Origin: Dimorphilus gyrociliatus
Taxonomy: Eukaryota; Animalia; Annelida
Assembly (NCBI GenBank): GCA_904063045.1
Contig: CAJFCJ010000007.1
Span: 2,673,404-2,737,403, forward strand
Direction of reading: 5' to 3'
Length of the DNA stretch: 64,000 bases
Shown: piece by piece, positions 49,855-60,800 of the stretch
How the letters are laid out: every line of letters starts with the position of its first letter
Position numbering within the stretch: the first letter of the stretch is position 1
Position numbers and translations under genes: made by a program
Notes under the pieces: generated by a model
Database searches by the model: none
What the model saw: only the letters and a program-made list of their open reading frames with translations
Told to the model about the DNA's origin: nothing

Positions 49855-49866
49855 GGTCACGTGACC
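49855..49866. promoter_or_regulatory. Palindromic E-box GGTCACGTGACC in a CpG-rich island
   Basis: Perfect 12-bp palindrome read directly, in a locally GC-rich segment (49640-49930). Confidence 0.45.
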
Positions 49867-50718
49867 TATCGACTATGCCTTGCGTCAACACGGAACTCCT
49901 TGCCTCCGGCTCGGTCGGCAGTTGTCATGAATTAACTAGTAGCTCTTTCTAAACGTAGCTTTTAAATGCATCTATCATTGGATAAAGCATGCAAACGTCT
50001 GCAAACAAGTGAAATGAATCACTGAAGAGAACTGTTAATTAGATCTAATCCGGAAGAAATTGAAATAGCTTGGGGGGAGAAAATTAAAAAAAAAGAAAAT
50101 GAGATAAGAGAGTATGGAGGGAGAGAATGATAACTGAACTTAAATTTGATCATACACGTTCTTAAAAATATTTCATGTATAATCTTAGACTGTCGTCAGC
50201 AGGCTAATGGGAAGAAAACATGCTGGCGAGTGGTCTTTGAAACACTCCATTTCCATTTACGTCCGATTCTCCCTTCTGGCTAAAAACAGATGCCCATGAC
50301 CGAATCTCATTGAGCAGATAAGACATACCCAACTATCATTCATTTATTTATTAATGCTTTTTGCTAGTTTATTCTCTTTATTCCTTTTGTATATAAAAAA
50401 AATAGTATAACAGATTAAAAAAACGAGATTCTTTTCTTCTTTGTATCATACTCCCTTCCTCTATTCATATTTCTTGTCATTTCCAATAGAAGTATAAAAT
50501 TTATAAGAGTAAAAAGAAAAGATGGGTATAGAAAAGAAAGAAATAAATAGCTGGATAGTTCTTTCAAGCTTAAATCAGTTGGAAAAAATGTCGAAAATTG
50601 TTTATGTACATGTACAGGTTAATATTCCTCACTCTCAACCTCAATTTTTTTCCTTAACCAAACGCGTCAACGTGTCAGCTGATAATTGAGCGTTAGACGA
50701 CGCCTCTGGCAGGTGCAA

Positions 50719-51689
50719 TCAGTTACAAATGACGGCGTTTGAGAAGACGTGAGAAGTTCTCCTCGAAGCCAACTGGCAAGCTCCGCATTGGCAATTGCCA
50801 CCAACGCCATCTGTAAATTGTTGCTCTCTAATGAGGAAAGACATTGTCGGCACTTCATTGAACATTGATGTGTGTCGAAAAGGTACGCAGTATGGTGAAT
50901 TGCAGGAACATCGTCTTGTTAATCGATTAGTTTTTGTATTATTGTTGCTACTTGTTCTATTGTTGATATTACTCCAACTTGAAGGCGTTGTGGTAGACGA
51001 CAAAGGATTAGCTATGGGTGGAACGTGAGCGGCGATGGACCGTATACCAGGCGGCGGAAACGCGTAATGATTCCTTTGAGGCGTCAAGCGGCGTTTAGCA
51101 GTCAACCTTCTCCTTTGTGCGCACGTCATCGTCGAGTAGTTGAGGGTCGCGGTTGTATAGCCGCTTGCATGGCCGGTTACATCTGTAAACAAACGGTGAA
51201 AGTTTTTAGCATTTAAATCTCCGTCAAATACAATTGTTCAACTTGTTCAGAGCCTACTCATTAAGCGGCAATTGTGTCACCGCCCAGGTGCTGAACAACT
51301 TTCGGTTCCAATTACGTCATATCAGCCTATTAATACCCATTAGAAAAGTGTACACTATGCATATGACTTTATATTCTTGTTTATATTGTATAAGTTATAT
51401 TAAAACTTGTATATATACACAATATAACAAAGACATTGCATTATCCATCATTTGTATAAAGAATAGTTGAGACTATTGACGTAAAAGAGAAAAATCTCTT
51501 ACCTCTTAATTGACTTTCATCAATCATCAAAACTCGTTCGTTCTTGTACTTTTCCAAATCAGGGAATTTAGTAGCATCCAAGCGGTAAGCAATATTTGTA
51601 TCAATGGATAACTTTTGATCATATGGAGTTTGCGAAGCGTTGCTTTGCCAATAGCAGGGTAAACGTTGAGTCGTGAAACATTCGCACAT
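50719..51689 (-). CDS. Uncharacterised 216-aa protein, 2 exons, low complexity with Cys clusters
   Basis: Exon 51689-51503 (ATG TGC GAA..., donor G|gtaaga, phase 1) joins exon 51182-50719 (acceptor tttgtttacag) in frame. GC content is coding-like. No family recognised. Confidence 0.5.
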
Positions 51690-52490
51690 GACGGCGTCTC
51701 GGCGTAGAATGTATAAATGAATATAAAAGGAGCTTGGGGGGAGGGGAGAAGAGCGAGAGTGAGTGCGTTTGCGTCGAGCACAGCCGACCGACTGAGTTGC
51801 ACGCAGCTTAGTTGAATCATTGCTGTCACTACAACCTGACACGGCTCGCTTCAATACGTTATCTCCTTTCGCCTTTTCTTCTCGCTTCCTTCTCGGTTGT
51901 CGCTCGTCATTAAAAAGACGGATTACGTAAATTCGCGAAAGACAAGTGATAAGAAATAAAAGACCATCACACAAACCGGAAAGTACATATATACATATAC
52001 AGTATATATATATATATATAACTAGATACGGAGAACGAAAGATAAAAACAAATCTAATTACGTCGGCCCTAATTAATGACAGACAACAATCAAGAATATT
52101 TTTTGCCCTATTTTTTTATAATTTTAATTAACTAAGCTTATTTTATAGGCGTATAGAACAATTTCATTAATGGTAATGTATGGAATATAACCAAGAATCG
52201 AACATTTGGACCTCCCGCACTTCTAAGGTTACCTTGAACTCCAACTATGCAAGGAATAACACTCTATGCCCCAGACCATCAGCCAGTGCCTACCCCTGGC
52301 TAAATATTGTTTTTATATTTTAACCTGTTTATTTATTTGATATACGTGAGCTGTAAAAAATCTACTGAACCTTATCTATATTCATACTATAGTGTAAACT
52401 TTCATTATAGACTATAGGTGTAATATATATGTTATATCTATCGGTTTCGCGCTAATCTCTTGGGCAATACCTATCGGTCGCAGATGATAC

Positions 52491-52500
52491 GTCACGTGAC
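52491..52500. promoter_or_regulatory. E-box GTCACGTGAC (CLEAR/USF-type)
   Basis: Perfect 10-bp palindrome ~800 nt upstream of the 51689 ATG. Confidence 0.4.
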
Positions 52501-52866
52501 CTCTTAGGAGAAAAAAAACTGTTGGTGTCGGATTTAGCAGTTTGATTCCGGTCGATTTATCCGTCTCTTTAATGAAAGACACTGGGGTTGTTGTTACGAT
52601 TTAACTGGCTTGTTTATCTAAAGCGAAAGTTAGCCGCTGACGTGATTCTATAGTATATTTTCTTTCTATTTATAGGCCTCTTGTCATCTAGGCCCCCATA
52701 CAAAATATATGTGTATACACACAATTAATAGCTGCCGGGGTTTTTTTATAGCAACCATTAAATGAACCCAGTAGAATAAAAGCAGACTTAACAACGAGGT
52801 GCATGCTCCATAGCGAATGAAAGGCGGTAAAAGCCAATTAAGGAAGATTGTTTTGTATTTGAAAGT

Positions 52867-53654
52867 TTACAAACGCTTAAGAACTTTATTAAGTCTTGTC
52901 GACTTTGCGAATTCCCTATATCCTATGTAACCGTCTCCATTGATGTCGTCGTCGCGTAGTATTCGGTCAACCAAACCTGTTGATGATGTGTGATGTATTA
53001 TAAAGGCGTCTTGTAATTTTCTACAAGGGTTATGTAATAAACTCACGAATAGCTCTTCTTCTGATTTGCATGTCCTTGACATTTTCAAAATCATCTCCCA
53101 AGCGTAACTTCATAGTAGATTCTATAGAATGACTCATCGCTTCCATCAATTCTAAGCCGTCTAGTCTATTATTATCGTCGAAATCGTGGGACCTTTTAAG
53201 CGTAACGGGATACAAGTGGACAGAAAAGGAAGAAAGAGTATATGAAGGAAGAACAAAAGAAAGCGTACATTAAAAGAAGACAATGAAGAGAAAATAGATA
53301 AATAATCGGTACGAAAATTGGAAGGGTAAGAGGAAACAACAAAACAAAAAACGTGCCGTACTTGAAGTAATGAAAGAGCACTTGGGGTACCGACATTTTT
53401 TCGATATCGTGCTTATTCACGTCGATGATTCCTTCCAGGTGTTTTCGAATATGCCTAATTTAGTTTTAGTTAATGGAAACATATACTTAAATAGCGATTA
53501 CGTGTAATTATACTAACTTAAAATCTTCCGTAATATCTCCATCTCGAAAATAATTTGAGTCTATCTCATCATCATCATCCCCGGCAAGGCTGGACCCTAA
53601 GGCTAAACAAACGGTTAGAATTAGACAGGTATGAAGTTGCTCTCGACGGAACAT
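52867..53654 (-). CDS. MCFD2: MCFD2-like secreted/ER EF-hand protein
   Basis: ATG 53654: MFRREQLHTCLILTVCLALGSSLAGDDDD (signal peptide), HIRKHLEGIID..MSVPQVLFHYFK, HDFDDNNRLDGLEL, LVDRILRDDDINGDGYIGYREF. About 4 exons. Confidence 0.85.
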
Positions 53655-53964
53655 TTTAGAATCTAATGATAAAATACATTCCGTATTTGAATATATAAAG
53701 GCACCATATGCTTCATCTCACATAAGATTAAGGAAATATTTTTCTTTTTTCATTAAAACTAATTATAGGCCTATACAAATGTATAAAACTTTGATTATTT
53801 GCCATCGGTCTGAGATAAGGGTATTAATCGAAGTTTATCAGTTAGATAGTAATCAGTCTAAGACTGGCGAACGTAACATATCAACTGTCCAAAGTATCCG
53901 TTTTCAGTCGCAAAAATTTAAACAACAAAAGTATCCTACAGAAAAAGGAAAAAGGGAAGAAAGC

Positions 53965-54843
53965 ATGGCAAGCAGCAATTTTTTCCTGATCGGAATTTTA
54001 TTTGCATTTGTGGTGTACCAGAACTTACAATCTAGTACAACCATAATTAACTTGAATAGAGAGGTAAATGCTCCAAAGCGATTTGTTTTTAACATCCTTT
54101 CCATGGTGGAGAACATGGAAGAAATCGATCCGATAATGTAAGGTTATAATATTTCAAAATGAAATACCTTCTTTTAGAGAAGTTTTTGGGAATTTTTAGA
54201 TTAGAAATGAAAGTGAATCCAGGCTATCCAGTTAAAAAGAAAAACGGAAACATTAAGAACAAATTGACGTCCGTTTTAAAGTTTGATAGCGTACCCATCC
54301 TACCCCCATTGCCCTTCGATACCGGCGCTCTAATTGATTATCGTTTTGATCGTGTTACACTGACTTTCCAGCCACAAGGACTTTTACAATGTAAGTAAAG
54401 AAATTGAGAAGAATGTCTATTTTTATAGAAAATGATTTGTTTTTTTTATTATTATTCTTGAAAAGCTTGTAGATACTTGATGTTTCTTTTTCTTTCTTTT
54501 TTTCTTTCCTTCTATCTATCTATCTATCTTAGCGGTTATGCACGTCGAGGATATTTGGTCTGTAAAAAGCAAGGGCGACGAAAGAAGCAAAATCGAAGTA
54601 ACTTCTATTGTGTCTACACCATATATGTTAAAATCAACGACCCGCCGAACTGCTTATAAAGTCATAAATATTATGTTGGATAAGATGAAGCGAATGGCTG
54701 AACGCGACTATGAAAGGTACATTCAAGAATCTGCGGATTCGAATTTGGGAGAAGATTCTATACAGGACACTTACATACCAGGAGTTTCCGATGGCGCTAG
54801 TGCTCACGATCCTGAATCGACGCCTTTAGGTAGGCGGCGTTAA
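53965..54843 (+). CDS. Signal-peptide/anchor protein with probable SRPBCC (START/polyketide-cyclase-like) fold, 3 exons
   Basis: MASSNFFLIGILFAFVVY then VNAPKRFVFNILSMVENMEEIDP (matches the I.AP...V...l.D.e....w.P opening of SRPBCC domains). Phase-consistent introns from 54138-54199 and from gtaagt near 54391. A strand-rich middle and a long C-terminal helix precede an acidic tail ending GRRR*. Confidence 0.55.
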
Positions 54844-55863
54844 AGACTAATAAAATGAGTTTTATATTGCTGAACTTTGTTGTAACCTGTAGTTCTTTTA
54901 TTCATAACGTGCTAAAGTAGGTAGTATAAAGAGGATATTAGAATGAAACGTAGGGTAGTGAAAAACACACATTTTTACAATCGTAAACATTTATCAATGC
55001 CAACTCACTTAATCAAAGAATTCACAAAATTGCTAATTACAAAAACATGACCAAGTGCGATAGACTAGTCTGTGGCGGTAGATGGCAACACTTGATAGCT
55101 ATTTCGGTGAAAAGAAGGCGTAACAAGTTTGGAAGAAAAACAATGCTAATGATTGTAAATGACCGTCTATAACAGCCTTAGCAGAATCGTAGAGCATGTC
55201 ACACGCCATGAACTAAATGAAGACTAATTTTAAATTCTCGTATGACCTTAGTTGATTATCGCGTCAATAGGACATGTCTCGTGAGATAGACTTCAGTCTA
55301 TGTACAAAAAAGTAGTATGTCTTTTTTTTACGTCTGAAGGAAAACTATACTGTTTTCTTTTCCTCTCTTAGGATCTGACGACGGCAGCTTAAGTAAGGGA
55401 AATTGCTAGCTTTAAAGTCTTTGACGTCAACCAAATGTATTATTTTTCGTTGCACAACAATTAGCATAAACGCATGCATAATTATCAGGTCGACCCTTTT
55501 ATAAATATATATATATATATATATATATACGTCTATACATACACGATATATTCAAGGTACCTGCATACGGTTACATTTGATATATATATATATACATATA
55601 AATCAATTTGTATACATTTCGTTATGTATGCATTATACAAAATATATTGTATATATAAATAGACGCATGATAAGATTTATAAAAGTGACACGCACGTTTG
55701 AACAAAATCGTCACTGCAGCACCATCTAGTGAAAGTTTGCGATAATACAATGTACATAATAATTGCGGGGGGTGCGTATGTATAATTGGCAGTAGGACAA
55801 ACCGCTTCCTTACAATTCGTTCAGCAGCAGTGGCAGCACCAGTCTTCGCATACAATACTAAAT

Positions 55864-56661
55864 TCAGGCAATGTCGTCGGAAGAGGAAGAAGAAGAGGAG
55901 GAGTCCCTACTATCGGCGTCACTATCTCCCAAATAGCAAATTACGTAGTCCTTAATAAAATTTCTTGGTTCGGTGACATTTTCGTCTTTGTAGGGCGTAG
56001 GGTCATCTTTTCTCGTTTCAAAGAAAGTTAGAACGGTAGCGCATTCGGAAATCTGTAATTGAGATAGGGGTTATTCGGGGTTGCGCTTATAAATAGGAGA
56101 CTGTCGCCGTCTCCAGTAATCAATAAATGAGCGACAGACGATGTCGTCGGTCAGTCTGGAATGATTGTACTAATGCGGGTAAATAATACGTTAATTATGT
56201 AAAAGAACAAAAAAAAAACTAGAAAAATACAAAAATAACCAACGCAATATGCGTTCTACTTTTTTTTTTCTCATGCTTACCTTTGGCGGTAATTTAATTA
56301 GTTCTTTGCAGTATTTATTCAATTGCAATTCTCTCTTCTCAGCTAACTGAATCGTATTCGCTTCTCTGGGCTTGTGAACTGGCAAACAACTCGTAATCTT
56401 TCGGGGATTTTCGTTAGCAGCGGCCGTTTCAGCAAATTCGGCAATGAGGGCGTAGTGCATAGCATGGAAATCTTGATAAGTCCTCTTTACGACATTTGCT
56501 CTCCCATCCATCCACTTTACTTCTACTACAAAGGCATAATCTGAAGGATAATCGCCATTCTCGTCTTTTTTAACGCATCTAATCGGTGCGAAACCGGACA
56601 CGGTGATGTTCGAGATTGGCGTTGTTGTTTTAGTTTCTACTTCAGACGTCTGAACTAACAT
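55864..56661 (-). CDS. PX-domain-only protein (SH3PXD2/p47phox/PXDC1-like PX), 2 exons
   Basis: YAFVVEVKWMDG..VVKRTYQDFHAMH..LAEKRELQLNKYCKELIKLPPK spliced (gtaagc...caattacag) to ISECATVLTFFETRKDD. It ends in a Ser-rich tail and stop at 55864, with no SH3 domain. Confidence 0.8.
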
Positions 56662-57808
56662 TGACAGTCATCGCATGGTCCTGCCCTGAAGGAACAAAAG
56701 AAGAAAAATTTCTTATTATAGTCGTTCATTATTCATTCCAGGCATTATCTTGCTTCGTTTCGTTTTTAATGTCAACCGCTCCTTTTTTCCAGCTCTTATT
56801 AAATCCCTTTACGGGCCTATACGAAGAGGAAAACGATTGTCCTCCGTTTACAATGGCTCTATACAATTATTTGTTCTAGACCTATATTTTTCTCACGGAA
56901 ACGAGGCTTTTATCTTACTTTCCGGTGGAAATGCAGGTGATAAGAAGTGTTTTTTTTTGTAGATTAATTAGCAGTTTGCACTCTTGACACCTAACGACCT
57001 TTGATAAGCGATTGGTCGACGCTGCACGCCAACAATGCAAGCCTATAGAGTAGTAATAGGAAGACGTGCGCGTGTTTATACTTACTTGCGCGCATACGCA
57101 GCTTTACTAAATATAAATTTGCATGTGTATGATTTATTTATATATAGAAATATATTTTATATCTGTATATTTAAAACAGATCGCTGTTATTTAAAGATTA
57201 TGAATATTTCAACAGACTAATATCGCCAAGAGTTCGAGACCCTCACATAGGCATAATTAAAAATCTGAAATATTCAAATGACCATATTGGAACATGCGGT
57301 ACTTACCTATACAGTAAAAATCACACTCGTCCACTCAAACAGCGACAACTATTAACTGTCGATACTGCAAAAAATCCCCGCAGTTCGACACTGCTCGTAT
57401 GATTCACGCGATCGTCTGCATCTGTATAATGCTAAGTATCGTATAGCAGTGCCACCTAGGAAACTGTTCTGATTTCATGTTTACTTGCTTTTGGTTCTTT
57501 TAATATTCTAACTCTGGAAAAGGACTTTGCCCTGAACATAATAAAAGCCTAGATTTTCTATTGCGATTATATATAAGAAATATTACAATATGGGCCTTAA
57601 TTGAATTTTGAAATCGAATGCCCGGACCGCGGACGGAAATGCCTCTTTCGACATTGACCTTGGATAATGTGGGTTTCGTATTTTGGACTCTTCGTACTGC
57701 ATATTATTTGAATCACACCTCGGAACCATATCAAAGAACAATTAATTACACTACGAAACTACGAAATACTGGGAAATCTCTTGATTTAAGATCTAATTCA
57801 CCTATGAG

Positions 57809-60800
57809 ATGGGAAACGAGAACAGCTCACACTCTAAAGATAGTCGTAATAGACCACCTCGTTCTCTCAAGAATGATCGACACTCGTCAAGATCCACTTC
57901 GGTCGAATCACCTATGTCACAGGAGTCTGTTGAGCCAGTCGAAACTACTCAAATAGTTCAAGCCGAGAATATCGAACGACCGGAATCTACGGAAACAGTA
58001 GATGTCGAAGAAAGTCCACATCAAGCTCTACTATTAGCGATCAAGGAAGCTATGCTATCAAGCAGACAAGAAAATCAGGTTGAACACGCAGCAATAGCAA
58101 TTTTATCAAATATAGAAGAAATCACACAGAGTAGTTCTTCTGAACAAGAAACAAAAGAAAATACTGCGAAGTTTATAAAAGTGTTCGTAGCTGTTGGTTT
58201 ACCTAAAATATTCATGGTTGAATTTAAGAAAGCTGCTGCTTTCCTAACTGAAAGATCAATTACTGAAACTTCCGTTAGTCTATTTAAAACAGTTGGAATA
58301 TTAGTAGAAATGTTTCGTTTATTATCATCCTACGGAAAATCCGAATGGGTTAAACATATGGACGACGATAGTGGAAAAAAAGTGGCTACAGTTTTAATAA
58401 ATATATTAAAGTAAGCATTGTTTATTTTTTAAAACGAAAGTTACATTCGTAAATAAATATATCTCTATTAATTTTACAGTTGGCACGGAACAGATAGAGT
58501 TCCTTCCCTAGACGTAAGTTGAACTAGAAATTCATATAATACTTCTTTTTTTTCATTGTTAATAATAAGTTTTCTCTTCTTTTTTCTTTTTCTTCATTGA
58601 AAATAGCTGCATGCGTCATTGATATGCTCAATCTGCAATTTTTTATCTGTTATTTATATCGATCCACTTACGGATACAGAAATGAAAGAAGTTGTTAAAA
58701 ATCATTTAGAAAAATTAAACGAATTAAATCATTCAGATGTGAAAAATGCCGCATCGAATGCTTTATTACTTATACAATTAAAGGAGACTGCTCGTAATAG
58801 AGAACCACGAGTTGAAGCTGAACTTTTACAGCAAATTCAACAATTCGGTCAACTTCTTGATCGTAGAAATAATCAAACTCAAATTTCTGATCGTCAAAAG
58901 CAAATTGAAGCTGTGAAGTTAGTTGAAGTTGGAATGCATCGTGTTTTGGTAGAGAACATAAAACGTTGGCTGTTAAGTCCACATAAATGGGCTGCTTTTA
59001 ATCAAAGTGGTAAAATGTCATCGGATGTAAACGAATGGTTTTCCCAAGTTGCTGCTATGTGTAAAGTATCGAAATTGTTTTGTACAGCTATCACGAGAGC
59101 AGGTATACATACACCTCTCATCGATTTCTTAAATAATGATCAAGTACAAGACGCTTTCGAAAGGAATGATAAAACGCAGGCAATCGTTGCATTCTCCATA
59201 TCGACATTAAATTCAATTGGTGGTCAGCGAATGGCAAGAAGGCTCTTAGACAATTCGCAAGTTTCAAAGGTATTGGTTTATTATGCAACAACGTCGAAGA
59301 GTGTAAACGTTACTGGTTTATCCTATTTGGCTTTAAGTCGTTTAGCGGCTTTATGTCCATATAAATCGAAAGCTGAACTAGGTCCGAATCCAACATTAAG
59401 TGATTGCGAGATGTTGTTAGCAACTTACGCAGCATATAAACAGTTAGGAGGTGTCCTTGGCGACTTTCTAGCGAAATATACTGATTTACCAAAAATATTT
59501 ACGAAAGCGATGCTTGAATTGTCGGTAAAAAGCGAAGAACCTCTAGACGAGTCCGATTTTAAATTGAGAATAAGACCAGTAATTGCTTCTATTTCATTAT
59601 TCTCTGACAAAAGTCTGCAATTTTCTGAATCCGTAGTAGAGCATGGAATTTCTGCTGCAGTGGAAAAGCTTCTTAGTAGTAGAAATTATAAAATAAATAT
59701 AAAGGAGGATAGGTACGGTGATGTACTTAACGTCTGCACAAATTTAGTCGCCTATTGCCTTCGTAGTCGCAAATCATGGAAAAGCTTTGATAGACCGATT
59801 TTATGGAAAAGTCTCTTTGATATAGCAAACAATGAATCTTTGGGTAAGGATCACGTTCTTAGAGCAACTTCTATGCTAGGTTTTGTACAAGTGTACAATG
59901 TAATACGTCAATCGGACAGTATAATACAACCTTTTGGTAAGCCTGAATTCCCATCGCTAACTGCTTCATCAAACGATATGGCTTTGCTTTTAAGATTGTG
60001 GAATTGTACAAATGACGACGAAGAAAAAATGTTGGGTGATTATTTAGCCTTTTTAAATTTGGGTACAATTTATGCAAAAAAATGTATCGAACTAGTTCCT
60101 ACTACAAAATCAATATCTGAAATATTGAATGATAATGATAGTGTTGTTGAAACACGTCAAATGTTAGCAATTATTAATAATATTGTTCTGGAATCAGAGA
60201 TTTTTGCAGTTCAGCTATGCCAGGGAGGTCTTCTAGATTGCCTTTGCTCCATACTACAAGCTCCGCAATCTATAAAAGGATTAGCAAATTCCCTTCTCGA
60301 ACCATCAGTTTGTATTTTACACGGATGCGCGTTATACGAAAAAAGTATGCCATTTTACGCTAAATCTAAAGTAATGGAAGCTTTGCTGCCCTACGTAGTT
60401 CCTGAAGCTTTAAATATCAAAGATCTTGCCGATGATCTTAAGAGGCGGGCGGGGACTGCTGCCCTTTTAATAAACTACTATGACCCCATTCAAGTACAAC
60501 CGTTTTTAGAGAATATTCGAATTAGGAAATCATCTTTTGACCAACTTCAATACTTAAAAAATATGTACGCGTCCACCAAGGTAGCTCAAAAAGATCAAAG
60601 GAAAATGCTTATGAAATATTTAAATGACTGTGGTTTAGCGAAGGCTATGGCAGAACAACTGCAACAAATGCACACTAATGACACTCTTGTAGAAGAGTTC
60701 GCCCTGACCGACTTACTATTGACAAATATGCTAAATATGACAGATTCCGACGAAAGATTCTCTAATGAATTAAGAGATAATGATGCTCTTTTAGCTGTTC

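Noticed and set aside
57618-57956. 112-aa ORF overlapping the ARM-TIR start in another frame
   Set aside because: No recognisable features; it could only matter as a uORF if the TSS is upstream, for which I have no evidence.
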